A DNA stretch of 64,000 nt from the NCBI GenBank assembly GCA_028278525.1, contig JANQEE010000017.1:66274-130273 (forward strand), in the 5' to 3' direction. The stretch is from Minwuiaceae bacterium (GTDB lineage: Bacteria > Pseudomonadota > Alphaproteobacteria > Minwuiales > Minwuiaceae). Positions 1 through 10,668 of the stretch are shown here, in pieces. The position numbers and the translations under genes are program-made. The notes beneath the pieces are model-generated. The model searched no databases and was not told where the DNA came from. It saw only the letters and a list, made by a program, of their open reading frames with translations. The number at the start of each line of letters is the position of its first letter. The stretch's first letter is position 1.

Positions 1-852
1 GACGCCGTCGTCGGTCAGCAGCGAGCGGCATTTGTCGAAGAAGGCGCGGTAGTTGGGGCGGCCGACATGCTCGAACATGCCGACCGAGACGACGCGGTCG
101 AAGCGGCCGCCGACGTCGCGATAGTCCGTCAGGCCGAAACGCACGCGATCGGCGACACCCGTCTCGGCCGCCCGCGCGTTGGCGACGGCCAATTGCTCCT
201 CGCTCAACGTAATGCCGGTCACGTCGGCGCCGGACACGCTGTTCAAGTAGAGCCCCATACCGCCCCAGCCGCAGCCGATATCCAGCACCTTGTGGTCGGG
301 TTCCAACAGCAGCTTGGCCGCAATATGGGCCTTCTTGTCGTGCTGCGCCGTCTCCAGATCGACCACGCCGTCCCGGAAATACCCGCAGCTATATTGCCGG
401 TCCCGATCGAGAAACAGATCGTACAGGGCATCGGACAGATCGTAATGATGGGCGACATTGGCTTTCGCGCGGCCGATCAGGTTGCGTTCGCGCAGCCAGA
501 CCATCGCCTTGCCGCCGCCCGCGCCGAGCTCGTGCAGGGGATTGTCCGGCTCCCATGCCATATTCAACAGAACCAGATCGACGAAGTCGCGGATATCGTG
601 CTCGCCCTCCACCGTCAGGCGGCCGTCCATGAAGGCCTCGCCCGCTTTCAGACCGGGGTTCGACGCAATCGCCCAGTTCACACCGGCATCGTGCAGGCGA
701 ACGGTCATCTCCGGCCCTGCCTCCCCCTGATAGACATGCGGCCGGCCCTTGTGGTCCACAACAGTCAGCCGCCCCTTGCGGACCAGCTTGCGCAATAGCA
801 AAGACAGCGGAAAAATGGCGTCACCTCTCAAGTGTCGAGCGCGCGCCAACAT
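1..852 (-). CDS. Cyclopropane-fatty-acyl-phospholipid synthase-like SAM-dependent methyltransferase, 3' end truncated at the window edge
   Basis: The minus-strand translation reads MLARARHLRGDAIFPL...VLDIGCGWGGMGLYL, which includes the SAM-binding motif I (VLDIGCGWG). The start ATG is the complement of 850-852. The supplied ORF track shows only the antisense 67..798 + frame. Confidence 0.55.
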   Translation of the reverse strand, partial: MLARARHLRGDAIFPLSLLLRKLVRKGRLTVVDHKGRPHVYQGEAGPEMTVRLHDAGVNWAIASNPGLKAGEAFMDGRLTVEGEHDIRDFVDLVLLNMAWEPDNPLHELGAGGGKAMVWLRERNLIGRAKANVAHHYDLSDALYDLFLDRDRQYSCGYFRDGVVDLETAQHDKKAHIAAKLLLEPDHKVLDIGCGWGGMGLYLNSVSGADVTGITLSEEQLAVANARAAETGVADRVRFGLTDYRDVGGRFDRVVSVGMFEHVGRPNYRAFFDKCRSLLTDDGV

Positions 853-915
853 AGTAAAATCTTCGGCGTGCGCCTATAGGCTGCACGCTATGACGGGGGA
901 TGACCTATCTAGTCT

Positions 916-1887
916 CTAGTCGGCTGGCCCGCGGTCCGGGCCGTCGCGCCGGCCCAGATCGGCGAGCGCCCGGCTGACGAACCGGCCGGCGATCAGTTCT
1001 TGCGGCACGACCGACGGCAGCTGCGGATTGAGCGCGGCGAAGGAAGCGATCTGGCGTTGCCAATGGTCGGGTGTGAGCTCGCCATTGACGGCGAAACCTT
1101 CCGATGCGCATTCCTGTGCCCAGATCGCCTCGATTTCGGCGGCCGGCAGCGTTACCGACACATAGTGCTCAAAGGTTTTGACAAAGGCGCCGAAATCGTC
1201 GCGCAGCCGACGCGACGCGGCGATGATGCCGCGTGCGAGCTTCGACAGGGTTTGCGGATTGGCCTGCTCGAAGGCTTCGGTGGTCGCCAGGACGCCATGC
1301 GGCTGCACCGCCACCAATTGCTTCAGTTCTGCGAAACCCAGAAGCATCTTCAGATCGTTGGCGGAATCTCTTGTTAGCGCCAGCGCTTCCTCGACACGAA
1401 TGAGCGATACATCGACCTCACCCGCCAATAATTGCGCGATACGCTCCGGCGGCGGCCCGGCCACCCGCCAGTCGATCGCCTGCTCGTCGATGCCGAGCGC
1501 GGCCACGATACAACGCGCCATGTGGTGGCTGAGCGCGCCCATGCCGTCCACGGCCCACGACACGCCGCGCAGTTGGTCGACGTGTTCTATATGCGGCTGG
1601 ACGACCAGGTTTTGCGCCAGCGCCCTTGCCATGGACGCAACGATGCGCAGCTTCTCGCCCTCCGCACGCAATTGCAGCACGGGCCCAAGCCCGCCATAGG
1701 CGGCATCGACCTCGCCGGCAAGCACCTTTTTCATGGCCGCAATGCCACCGAGCGCCGGTGTCCATTCGACCGCCAGGCCTTCGTCTTCCCAACAGCCCAA
1801 ATGGGTCGCCGCCGCGCAGGCGAGATCGTCAACGCCGAACGTGGGGCCGGAACCGGCGGCGAGGCGAATGGATTGGGGAAGGCTCAT
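916..1887 (-). CDS. NMT1/THI5-like (SsuA/TauA-type) substrate-binding domain protein
   Basis: The 323-aa ORF resembles periplasmic nitrate/sulfonate/bicarbonate-binding proteins. No obvious signal peptide was seen. Confidence 0.5.
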   Translation of the reverse strand: MSLPQSIRLAAGSGPTFGVDDLACAAATHLGCWEDEGLAVEWTPALGGIAAMKKVLAGEVDAAYGGLGPVLQLRAEGEKLRIVASMARALAQNLVVQPHIEHVDQLRGVSWAVDGMGALSHHMARCIVAALGIDEQAIDWRVAGPPPERIAQLLAGEVDVSLIRVEEALALTRDSANDLKMLLGFAELKQLVAVQPHGVLATTEAFEQANPQTLSKLARGIIAASRRLRDDFGAFVKTFEHYVSVTLPAAEIEAIWAQECASEGFAVNGELTPDHWQRQIASFAALNPQLPSVVPQELIAGRFVSRALADLGRRDGPDRGPAD

Positions 1888-1963
1888 ATCAGATCCAGTC
1901 AGCGTTTACCGGCGCGGGTCCGGTATCGGTTTCGGGGCAGGCGCAGAGCGCACCGGCCGCGTC

Positions 1964-3184
1964 TCATTCGATGCGCGCCGCATCACGCAGCGAAGCGATC
2001 ATCGAGGATCGCAGCACATAGGCATGATGGGCTTCGGGGTCGGAGACGGTCCGGCGCAACTCGTCGTGGAAGGCGCGCCGCTGTTCCGGATCCTTCTCTC
2101 CCATCATGCGCCGGTTGCGGATCGATTGCTGCTGCACGGTGTCCAGGCAGACCTGGCGGCGCTGGCGCTCGTAGACGCCGAGCAGGGCGTCCGCCGGCTC
2201 GCCGGCCCAGATCCGCGCGAGCCTGTCGACCAGATTGACCGCGTCATGAATGCCGCCGTTCAGGCCCATGCCACCGAGCGGGTTGTTGAGATGGGCAGCA
2301 TCGCCGGCAAGGATAGCCCGGCCCGCGACGTAGCGGTCAGCCACGCGCTGCTGCACCCGATAAGCGGTCGCGTGGGCGATTTCATAGACGCCGTCCTGCG
2401 GGCAAAGCGCCTGAATACGCGCGTCCATATTGGCCGGATCGTACATCTCGGCTTCCGGCTGGTCGGGATCGTTGGGCAGCAGCACGCGCCACAATGTCGG
2501 CGTGCGCAGCAGCACGACCCACTCATCCGGATCGGTGATGTAGGCGATATTGGCCAGATCCGATATCGCTTCGTCGAACCGAAACGGCGTCGACATGGAC
2601 AGGAACAGTTCCGGGATCGTGGTGCCCTCAAGCGTCAGACCGAAGGACCTGCGCACGATGCTGCCGGCGCCGTCGGCGCCGACGACATAGCGGCCGCGAA
2701 AGTCTTCCCGCGTGCCGTCGGAACGTTGAATCGTAACCACCGCGCCGTCATCGTCCTGGGCAACCGCCACGGCCTCGGCGTCGAACACCAGATCGATAGC
2801 GTCGTTGTCGGCGGCGCGCCGGCGCAGCGCCTCGGACAGTTTCCACTGCTCGCATTGCAGCCGGTAGGGGTGGCCGGTTTCATCTTTCAACAATCCCAGG
2901 TCGAAAGTCGCGACCTCGCCTTCCTGGCGGTCGCGGAACTGCCAGGTCGGGCAGATAAGACCGCGCTCGATCAATTCGCCGGTCACGCGGATCTCGTCGA
3001 GCATGTCCAGGGTCGGCGGATGAAAGGTGGAGGCGCGCAAATCCTTCGGAATGTCCGGCGACTGTTCAAGCACGGTCGAGGCAATGCCACGCTCTGCAAG
3101 AAACGCGGACAGAACCAGCCCGACCGGGCCGCCGCCGACGATGACCACGCGATCAAAGGCCTTTTCCATTCCGTTCAATTCCAT
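1964..3184 (-). CDS. FAD-dependent aromatic-ring monooxygenase (UbiH/PheA/salicylate hydroxylase family)
   Basis: It carries the VVIVGGGPVGL Rossmann fingerprint, a GADGAGSIVRR (DG) motif, and a GDAAHLNNPLGGMGLN FAD-binding motif. The start was trimmed from the 616-aa ORF to MELNGMEKAF (ATG at 3184 or 3169). Confidence 0.8.
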   Translation of the reverse strand: MELNGMEKAFDRVVIVGGGPVGLVLSAFLAERGIASTVLEQSPDIPKDLRASTFHPPTLDMLDEIRVTGELIERGLICPTWQFRDRQEGEVATFDLGLLKDETGHPYRLQCEQWKLSEALRRRAADNDAIDLVFDAEAVAVAQDDDGAVVTIQRSDGTREDFRGRYVVGADGAGSIVRRSFGLTLEGTTIPELFLSMSTPFRFDEAISDLANIAYITDPDEWVVLLRTPTLWRVLLPNDPDQPEAEMYDPANMDARIQALCPQDGVYEIAHATAYRVQQRVADRYVAGRAILAGDAAHLNNPLGGMGLNGGIHDAVNLVDRLARIWAGEPADALLGVYERQRRQVCLDTVQQQSIRNRRMMGEKDPEQRRAFHDELRRTVSDPEAHHAYVLRSSMIASLRDAARIE

Positions 3185-3227
3185 TCGTACAATTGATATG
3201 CGTTGGTCATGCCGGGCGCTTGCGGCG

Positions 3228-4094
3228 TCAAAGGATCGCCGGTTCGCCGGCGGCCGGCGAGCGTGCCGCCTGCGCCGCTTGTGCCGGCGGCAGCGTCTCA
3301 TCCCAAAGCCGGGCGATGAATCGGGCGCCACTGATCCCGTCGGACTGAGCGGAACAAAGCCAAACGATGCTGCGCCGCATGATCGACGCCGGCAACAGAT
3401 TGCCGTCGGCGCCGGCGCGGCCTTTCCCGCCGGGAATGAAGTCGGTATCGGAGGCACCGCCCGGCAGATAAACATTGAGGTCGATACCGGTACCGGCGAG
3501 GTCCTGCGCCCAGATGCGCGAGGCCGCTTCGAGCGCCGCCTTGCTGGGTCCGTATGGCGAGTAGCCGCGGCGCACCATGGTTTGTGCGCTGGTCGAGATA
3601 TTGACGATCTTGCCATAGCCACGCTCAAGCATGGGCCGGACGGCAGCGCGGGCAGCACAAAACGCCCCATTGACGTTGGTATCGATAATCCGGCGCCAAG
3701 CTTCCGGTTCGGTCTCCCAGAACTTCGTCGGCTCGGTGTTGAAGGTTTCGCTAACGGCGCGCATGCCGAGCCCGGCGTTGTTGACCAGTGCATCGAGTCG
3801 ACCGAACCGCGCAACCGTTTCGGCGACCATGCGGTCGCAAGCGGCGGGATCAGTCACATCGGCCACCATCGCAGCCGCATCGGCACCTTCCTGCAACGCG
3901 GCCCGGACGAGCGTAAGGCTGCGGTCCAGCGCATCACTTTGGCGCGCGCCGGTGACGATGACGCTGGCGCCGGCTTCCACCAGGGCGAGCGCCATTTCGC
4001 GCCCCAGGCCGCGCGAGCCACCGGTGACAATGGCAACGCGGCCAGCCAGTGAAATCGGCTCGCCCGTGGATCGCGACGCGTCGGACCGGCTCAT
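3228..4094 (-). CDS. SDR-family oxidoreductase
   Basis: It has the TGGSRGLG cofactor motif, NNAG, and a YxxxK (YGPSK) catalytic motif. There is a 4-bp overlap with the upstream ALDH stop, suggesting an operon. Confidence 0.85.
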   Translation of the reverse strand: MSRSDASRSTGEPISLAGRVAIVTGGSRGLGREMALALVEAGASVIVTGARQSDALDRSLTLVRAALQEGADAAAMVADVTDPAACDRMVAETVARFGRLDALVNNAGLGMRAVSETFNTEPTKFWETEPEAWRRIIDTNVNGAFCAARAAVRPMLERGYGKIVNISTSAQTMVRRGYSPYGPSKAALEAASRIWAQDLAGTGIDLNVYLPGGASDTDFIPGGKGRAGADGNLLPASIMRRSIVWLCSAQSDGISGARFIARLWDETLPPAQAAQAARSPAAGEPAIL

Positions 4095-5590
4095 CCGTTC
4101 AGACCCATATGCGGAAACTGACGCTTGCCACGCGCGATGATGGTCGCCTTTTCCTCTGTGAACATGGCGCGCGAGCCCTTGGCGCCTTCGCGGCCCAACC
4201 CTGACATCTTATAGCCGCCGAAACCGGTGCGCAGATCGCGAACGATCGGTGTGTTGACCATCACCGTGCCGGTCCGCAACGCCGAAGACACACGAAGACC
4301 GCGTTCCAGCCCCTCGGTCCATACGTAACCGACCAAGCCGAAATCGGAATCATTGGCCTTTGCGATCACCTCGTCTTCCTCATCGAAAATCTGCAGTGTG
4401 GCGAAGGGGCCGAAAATCTCCTCGCGGCAGATAGCCAGGTCGTTGTCCGGCGCCAGCATCGCCGTCGGCTCCGCGAAAAAGCCGCGGTTGCTTGCCTGAT
4501 GCAGCCTGCCGCCAGTCAGCAAGGTGGCGCCCTGCTTCGCGCCGCTTTCGGCGTAGTGCAGCATGCGCTCGCATTGCGCGCCGTTGATCATCGGGCCGAT
4601 TTCGGTTTCTTCGACCAACGGATCCCCAACCGCCATCCGCCCGGTCCGCTGCGCGAAACGCTCGATGAATTGCTCGGCGACGGCGCGCTGCACGAAAATG
4701 CGACTGCCGGCGAGACACATCTGGCCGTTGTTCATGAAGCTGCCCAGCAGCGCGCCGTTCAGCGCGTAGTCGATATCGGCGTCGGCGAAGACGATGCTCG
4801 CCGATTTGCCGCCAAGCTCCATCGCCGGCAGTTTGATACCCTCGGCAAGCGCGGCCAGAATCGCCCGGCCGGTCTCGGTACCGCCGGTAAACGACACCAT
4901 GTCGATCCGGGGATGCGAGACGAGAGCGGCGCCGGTGATGTGGCCCCTGCCGTTGACGAGGTTGAGCACGCCTTCGGGCAGAAGGCCGGAGACCAGCTCG
5001 ACCAGCCGCGCCACTGTAAGCGGCGTCAGTTCCGACGGCTTGACCACACAGGTATTGCCGAAGGCAAGCGCGCCGGCGATTTTCATCGCCGTCAGCCCAA
5101 GCGGCATGTTCCACGGGCCGATGAGGCCGCAAACCCCGATCGGCTCGTGCGTGACCATGGAAAGGATGCCCTGCTCCTGGGTGAAGACGTCGCCGCCCGA
5201 CTGGTTGATGGTTTCGGCAAAGAACCGGAAGTTATAGGCGGCACGGGGCACATGCATACCGCGCGTCTGGCTCAGCGGGATACCGGTATCGACAGATTCC
5301 AGCTCGGCCAGTTCCGCGGCGTTTTCCAGGATGCAATCGTGGATGGCCATCAACGCCGCCTGGCGCTGCGCGGTCGTGGCCGTTCGCCATTGCCCGTTTT
5401 CGAAGGCGTTGCGCGCCACGGAGACCGCACGGTCGACCTCAGCGTCATCCGCTTCATGCAGCACGGCGACAACGGCTTCGTTTGCCGGATCTACGATGTC
5501 GATCGGCTTACCCGCGGCCGCCACGAACCGACCGCCGATATGGCTGGTGACGGTCTTCGGCTCGTCCTGAAGCCGCCGGCGCAATGACAT
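4091..5590 (-). CDS. NAD(P)-dependent aldehyde dehydrogenase
   Basis: It is 499 aa with the ELGGKS catalytic Glu motif and the FMNNGQMCLAGSRIF catalytic Cys motif. Confidence 0.9.
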   Translation of the reverse strand: MSLRRRLQDEPKTVTSHIGGRFVAAAGKPIDIVDPANEAVVAVLHEADDAEVDRAVSVARNAFENGQWRTATTAQRQAALMAIHDCILENAAELAELESVDTGIPLSQTRGMHVPRAAYNFRFFAETINQSGGDVFTQEQGILSMVTHEPIGVCGLIGPWNMPLGLTAMKIAGALAFGNTCVVKPSELTPLTVARLVELVSGLLPEGVLNLVNGRGHITGAALVSHPRIDMVSFTGGTETGRAILAALAEGIKLPAMELGGKSASIVFADADIDYALNGALLGSFMNNGQMCLAGSRIFVQRAVAEQFIERFAQRTGRMAVGDPLVEETEIGPMINGAQCERMLHYAESGAKQGATLLTGGRLHQASNRGFFAEPTAMLAPDNDLAICREEIFGPFATLQIFDEEDEVIAKANDSDFGLVGYVWTEGLERGLRVSSALRTGTVMVNTPIVRDLRTGFGGYKMSGLGREGAKGSRAMFTEEKATIIARGKRQFPHMGLNG

Positions 5591-5662
5591 GGATGAAAGT
5601 CCTCCGCAGATTGTCGGGGTCCCGCCGTTCGGAAAGGGCCCCGTATCCCGTCGGCGATGAAG

Positions 5663-6409
5663 TCAGTATCGCGACAGCAGCGAGCCGAAGCCCTGGATCT
5701 TGTCGTCGATGCCGTTCTGGCGCAGCGCCCACCAGTAGGTTGCCGTATTGATGGCGATCACCGGTTTGTCGAGCCAGAACTCGGCGATGCCGGCGACGCG
5801 CGCCATGGCCAGGTTGGTGCCGACCTGGATGATGGCCTCCACGGAGGGGTCGTTCAGTTCGATAATGGCATCGCGCAGGGTCTGTTCCGATTCATGGGCG
5901 ATGAGCATCGGGCTATTGCATTTGAGCCCCTTGATCGCCGCGACCTCGTACCCGCAATCGGTGAAGAAGCGGTGCACCTGCGCGTCGCCGACCGGCATGT
6001 AAGGCGTAATCACGGCTATTTTCTTGACGTCGCCGAAGGCTTTGAGGGCGGCCTGACAGGCGTCCGAACCCATGGCGACCTTAACGCCGGCGCGCTCCTC
6101 GACCCGTTTTTGCAGTTCGACGGAACCTTCCAAGCCATCCCAAAACGTCTCCGCCGACATGCCCATTACCAGATAATCCGGGCTGCAGGACATCACCGCA
6201 TCAATCGACTGCATCATGGTTTCGCGAATATTGTTCATCAACGCGTTGAAGTCGTCGTCGCTGTGGACGGGATTGTCCGGAATGACAATGCGCGAGAAAT
6301 GATTGGTGACGCCGACAGGCCGCATGGCGTCGAATTCCGGCTGCACCGACGTATTGGTCGAAGGAGCGATCACGCCGAACTTTCTGCGATATCCAAGACT
6401 GTCCACCAT
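5663..6409 (-). CDS. Asp/Glu/hydantoin racemase-family protein (maleate isomerase / arylmalonate decarboxylase-like)
   Basis: The motif GVIAPSTNTSVQPE is typical of this family. The start was trimmed to MVDSLGY (ATG complement at 6407-6409) and the gene is about 249 aa. Confidence 0.75.
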   Translation of the reverse strand: MVDSLGYRRKFGVIAPSTNTSVQPEFDAMRPVGVTNHFSRIVIPDNPVHSDDDFNALMNNIRETMMQSIDAVMSCSPDYLVMGMSAETFWDGLEGSVELQKRVEERAGVKVAMGSDACQAALKAFGDVKKIAVITPYMPVGDAQVHRFFTDCGYEVAAIKGLKCNSPMLIAHESEQTLRDAIIELNDPSVEAIIQVGTNLAMARVAGIAEFWLDKPVIAINTATYWWALRQNGIDDKIQGFGSLLSRY

Positions 6410-6839
6410 GTCGTTTTTCCTCCGGTTTGGTGCCGCGCCAGATCGCCGCGCCGCTGCCTGATTATCCCCGGCGTCGCCACATGGCGCCATGGGCGCCACG
6501 GGCCCCGGCCCATCAGTTTCGGCGCCGGATACCAAAGCGAATGTTTCGCTTGACAGCTTGGGACGATGTTTTCAATCTGTCGGAAAGGTTTGGACAATTC
6601 AAGATTTATTTTCTAATTTGTCCAAATAGAAACAGATTGGCGGCCGGCCGAAAAGATCCGGCCGCGGGATTGGGAGAGCGTCGCAACCGCCTCGCCTAAT
6701 GCGTTGAGGCGAGAGATCATCCGCTGGGGTCAAAGCTCGGCAATCGCCGGTCGGATCGGCAAAGACGGGCCGTCGTTCCTGCGATTTGGCGGAAATGACG
6801 GTGCTCACAAGGGAAAACGAACCAGGGAGAATCTTAGAA

Positions 6840-7787
6840 ATGGTGTACAAATCGCTCTTGGCGGCGGCTTTCATGCTGGTCTCGTCGCAAGCCGCAATGG
6901 CGGAAGTGGTGGCGCTGGGCTCGACGGCGGCCGGCGGCACCAGCCAGATCGGCCGCGCGCTTTCGGCGGCGGTGTCCGAAGCTTCGCCGCTGCAGATGCG
7001 GCCGCAGGAAGTCGCCAATACCGCCGACTACATTCCTCTGGTCAATGCCGGCGAGATCGAGTTTGCCATCGCCAACGTTGTCCAGACGTATTACGCCTAC
7101 ACCGGAACGGGCATGTCGGAAGGCCGGCCCAACGAGAACCTGCGTATGGTAGCGACCTTGATGCCGTTCCGCGCCGGCTTCATCGTTCCCATCGACAGCG
7201 ACGTCAAGTCGATGGCCGATCTGCGCGGCAAACGCGTGCCGTCGTTCTCGAAAGGCGCACTCGGCCAGCATGCTTTCAATGCCGGTCTGGCCAACGGCGG
7301 ACTGACGCCGGACGATGTGAGCAGCGTTCCCGTGCCGAACTTCCCGCGCATGTGGGCGAGTTTCGCCGAAGGCACGACCGATGTCACCGTTGTCGTTGTC
7401 GGCGCGGCCAGGGCGCAGGAACTCCACGCAACCACGGGCGGCATTCGCTACATCGACCTGGAGAATTCGCCCGAAGCGCTTGCACGGATGCAGGAATGGC
7501 TGCCGCAGATGTTTTTGCTGGAAGTAGACGGTTCGGCCAAGGTTGCCGGCATCGAGGAATCGGCACATGTGATGGCGTATTACTACACGCTGTTCGCCTC
7601 CAAGGACACCAGCGACGAACAGGTCTACGAGGTCGTCAAGGCGCTTCATGCTTCCGAGGCCAAACTCCTGGCTTCCGGCCCCTTCTTCGATGGCTTCAAG
7701 GCCGAGAACATGGGCAAGAAGGTGGATATCCCGTATCATCCCGGCGCCATCAAGTTCTACCAAGAACAAGGCATCTGGGACCAATAG
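6840..7787 (+). CDS. TAXI-family TRAP transporter solute-binding protein
   Basis: A signal peptide (MVYKSLLAAAFMLVSSQAAMA) is followed by a TAXI receptor-like sequence. An RBS (gggaga) lies 10 nt upstream of ATG 6840. Confidence 0.8.
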   Translation: MVYKSLLAAAFMLVSSQAAMAEVVALGSTAAGGTSQIGRALSAAVSEASPLQMRPQEVANTADYIPLVNAGEIEFAIANVVQTYYAYTGTGMSEGRPNENLRMVATLMPFRAGFIVPIDSDVKSMADLRGKRVPSFSKGALGQHAFNAGLANGGLTPDDVSSVPVPNFPRMWASFAEGTTDVTVVVVGAARAQELHATTGGIRYIDLENSPEALARMQEWLPQMFLLEVDGSAKVAGIEESAHVMAYYYTLFASKDTSDEQVYEVVKALHASEAKLLASGPFFDGFKAENMGKKVDIPYHPGAIKFYQEQGIWDQ

Positions 7788-7808
7788 GAAGACCGAGAAG
7801 CCGCGCGG

Positions 7809-9719
7809 ATGCGACGCTTCATCCACAATGGCGCGTCCGTCTGCGCGGCGCTCATCCCTGTCCTTGCGCTTTTATGGGCGTCCGGCGCGCCGCTCTTTCT
7901 AGGCATCCTTGTCTGGACGGAGCAACTGCTGATCGCCTCAGCCACGCTCGCAATGGCGCTTTGCTTTCTGATGCGCTCGGCCAAGCGCGACGGGCGACAA
8001 GCCGAAGAGGCGCCGTGGTTTGACCGGGCCGCCGCGGTTTTCGCACTTGGCTACGGGGTCTTCCTGACCCTGCGCTTTCCCTATCTGACCGAGAACCTGT
8101 TTTACGCTCAGCAGGAGGCGCTGATCGTCGCCTCCATCGGCCTTGTACTGCTGCTTGAGACGGTGCGCCGAGCCATCGGCTGGCCGCTGATCCTCATTTT
8201 GGCGGCCATCTGCCTGTATGCCCTGTTTTCCGACCAATTGTCCGGCCCGCTGCAGTCGCGCGCTGTGAAGCCCGAAAGGCTGGTCGTCTTCGCCATCCTG
8301 GACAGCGCTTCGATGGTCGGCGCGGCATTGACCATCGCCGTGGTGGTGGTGGTTCCGTATGTCGTTTTGGCGCGCCTGCTTTTGGCCAGCGGCGGGTCGG
8401 CCGTGTTTTCAGACCTTTCCGTCAGCCTGATCGGCGGCACCCGCGGCGGGGCGGGCAAGATTGCCGTTCTGGGATCGGCTCTTTTCGGTTCGATTTCCGG
8501 CACCGCCGTCTCCAATGTGGCGTCCACGGGCGCGATTACGATCCCGCTGATGACCAAGGCCGGATACCGGCCGAAGACGGCCGCCGCGATCGAGGCTGCA
8601 TCATCCACCGGGGGGCAGCTGGTGCCGCCGATAATGGGCGCCTCGGCATTCCTGATGGCGGAGAACCTGCGCATTCCGTATTCCGAAGTCGTCATAGCCG
8701 CGCTGATCCCGTCGATCCTGTACTATGTGTCGCTGTTGGTATTCGCCGATTTCGAGGCGGCGCGGCGCAACCTCAAGCCGGTCGAAGGCGAGCGTCCTTC
8801 GGTCGCATCGGTGCTGCGGCGCGGCTGGTTCGTCCTGTTGCCTTTCGCCATTCTGATTACCGGCCTGTTCGCCTTCAACCTTCGTCCCGAGACCGCGGCC
8901 TTGGTGGCGTTGGGCGTGCTGTTCGTCATCGCCCTATACAAAACGTATGAAGGGCGCCAGCTTACGGCGCGCGACGTCGTCAAGACATTGGTGGATGCCG
9001 GCCACATCGCCGTCGACATCGTTCTCATCTGCGCCATAGCAAGCATCGTTATCGGCGTGTTCAATCTGTCCGGACTGAGCTTCGGACTCACCTTCTTTCT
9101 GGTTCAGGTCGGACAGGGATCTTTGATCCTGCTGCTCGGATTGACGGCCGTCCTGTGCATCATTTTGGGCATGGGCCTGCCCACGGTCGGCGTGTATCTG
9201 CTGCTTGCCGCCCTCGCCGCCCCGCCGTTGATAGAGCTGGGCATCGAGCCCATGGCGGCGCACCTGTTCGTTCTGTATTTCGGCATGCTGTCGATGATCA
9301 CGCCGCCGGTTGCCATTGCCGCGTTCGTCGCCGCCAACATGGCGCGCGCGCCGGCGATGCTGACAGCCGTCGAAGCGGTGCGGATCGGCTGGACCGCCTT
9401 TCTGGTGCCGATGCTGTTCGTCGCCTCGCCCGCCCTGCTGATGATGGGGTCGGGCTGGCTTGAAAGCGGGTTGGCCCTGGTCACCGCCATCTGCGGGATA
9501 GGCCTTGTAACGGCAGGGGTCGTCGGCTGGTTCCGCGTCATACTGGCGATACCCGCGCGGCTCGCCTGCATCGCCGCCGGCCTGTCGCTGTTCGTACCGC
9601 ATTCCATGGTCGACTTCGGCGTCGTGCTGAATGGCGCGGGGCTTATAGGCGGCGCGCTACTTTGGGTATTCGCGCAGAGACTGGGGAATGGCGCGGAAGC
9701 CGCGCAAGAGCGCGCCTAA
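7809..9719 (+). CDS. TRAP transporter fused permease (TAXI-associated DctQM-like)
   Basis: The 636-aa polytopic membrane protein lies immediately downstream of the TAXI solute-binding protein. Confidence 0.85.
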   Translation: MRRFIHNGASVCAALIPVLALLWASGAPLFLGILVWTEQLLIASATLAMALCFLMRSAKRDGRQAEEAPWFDRAAAVFALGYGVFLTLRFPYLTENLFYAQQEALIVASIGLVLLLETVRRAIGWPLILILAAICLYALFSDQLSGPLQSRAVKPERLVVFAILDSASMVGAALTIAVVVVVPYVVLARLLLASGGSAVFSDLSVSLIGGTRGGAGKIAVLGSALFGSISGTAVSNVASTGAITIPLMTKAGYRPKTAAAIEAASSTGGQLVPPIMGASAFLMAENLRIPYSEVVIAALIPSILYYVSLLVFADFEAARRNLKPVEGERPSVASVLRRGWFVLLPFAILITGLFAFNLRPETAALVALGVLFVIALYKTYEGRQLTARDVVKTLVDAGHIAVDIVLICAIASIVIGVFNLSGLSFGLTFFLVQVGQGSLILLLGLTAVLCIILGMGLPTVGVYLLLAALAAPPLIELGIEPMAAHLFVLYFGMLSMITPPVAIAAFVAANMARAPAMLTAVEAVRIGWTAFLVPMLFVASPALLMMGSGWLESGLALVTAICGIGLVTAGVVGWFRVILAIPARLACIAAGLSLFVPHSMVDFGVVLNGAGLIGGALLWVFAQRLGNGAEAAQERA

Positions 9720-10480
9720 GCGCCCCGGTGGCGCTCGATGCGCATCGTATACGTCAGTTGATCGGCCGGATGCCAGTTGAACGAGGCGATCATGACACCG
9801 CCCGCCGTAACGTAGCGGCGCAGCAATTGCAACGCCCATGAGTCTGCCGGCAAGCCGAGCGTGCGACTGATCTCCGGCGGCATGGCCACGGCGCGGATTT
9901 CCTGGATCACTTCGTCGATCGGCCCATCGGCATGGCGTTCAAGCAGGCTGAAGAACGGCCCGTCGTGGTTCTCCAGTTGGCCGATCACATCGGCGAACCG
10001 CAGCGGAATGAAGCTTTGGATGTGACAAACGGCCCGTCCGCCCGGACGGGTCCAGCGCACGCCGGTCACGCGAAACCACTCTTCGCCCTCACGTCCGCCT
10101 ACCCGCCGGGCCAGTTCTCCGTCGAGCGTTACCCGGGTCGTTTCGTGGAAGACGAACCAGGTCTCCACCGCCACCTGGACCAGTTCGTGCAGCGACTCGA
10201 AGGATTGGACATATTCCGCCTTCGGATCGGTAGCCACGACGCGTGTGCCGAGGCCCTGCTTACGCTTGATATAGCCGCGATCGGTCAGGTGTCGCAGGGC
10301 TTCGCGAACCGTGAACCGGCTGGTCGCGAATTCCGCCGCCAGTTCAATCTCCGTCGGCATCAACGACCCGACCGGGTATTGACCGGCCGTCAACCGTTCT
10401 TCGAGAACGCGCTGGATGCGCTGATAGCGCGGGCCCTTCTCGGCCACCATGTCACCATGATTGGAGGGTGGTGTGGACAT
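9716..10480 (-). CDS. GntR-family transcriptional regulator (HutC/UTRA subfamily)
   Basis: An N-terminal winged HTH (YQRIQRVLEERLTAGQYPVGSLMPTEIELAAEFATSRFTVREALRHL) is followed by an effector-binding domain. The start was trimmed to MSTPPSN. Confidence 0.8.
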   Translation of the reverse strand: MSTPPSNHGDMVAEKGPRYQRIQRVLEERLTAGQYPVGSLMPTEIELAAEFATSRFTVREALRHLTDRGYIKRKQGLGTRVVATDPKAEYVQSFESLHELVQVAVETWFVFHETTRVTLDGELARRVGGREGEEWFRVTGVRWTRPGGRAVCHIQSFIPLRFADVIGQLENHDGPFFSLLERHADGPIDEVIQEIRAVAMPPEISRTLGLPADSWALQLLRRYVTAGGVMIASFNWHPADQLTYTMRIERHRGA

Positions 10481-10668
10481 CGGATGCAATCTCGCTTCGC
10501 TAGATTGTCTATCGCCTGAATTGCGGTGATTTGTCCAATCATTTGTGGAAATGATCGCGTGTTTCAATCGGTTCCTGCCGCTGCGAACCGGCTTCTCGCC
10601 CAATAAACATATGGACAAATCCTCTAGAAAACGCCATAATAATCGGACATTTAGCCAGGAATTCCAGG

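Noticed and set aside
1733-3196. A 487-aa plus-strand ORF, together with similar long ORFs at 1432..2238, 3027..4052, 4499..5587, 6704..8023, 21946..23577, 37263..38114, 44926..46545 and 45381..46592.
   Set aside because: They are Arg/Pro/Ala-rich translations antisense to, or frame-shifted from, well-supported genes (monooxygenase, SDR, ALDH, TAXI, flotillin and others). This is the typical high-GC artefact.
5657-6553. A 298-aa plus-strand ORF.
   Set aside because: It is antisense to the Asp/Glu-racemase-family gene, which has a clear family motif.
6599-7018. A 139-aa minus-strand ORF overlapping the TAXI solute-binding protein start.
   Set aside because: It overlaps a confidently called signal-peptide-bearing gene and has no RBS or homology.
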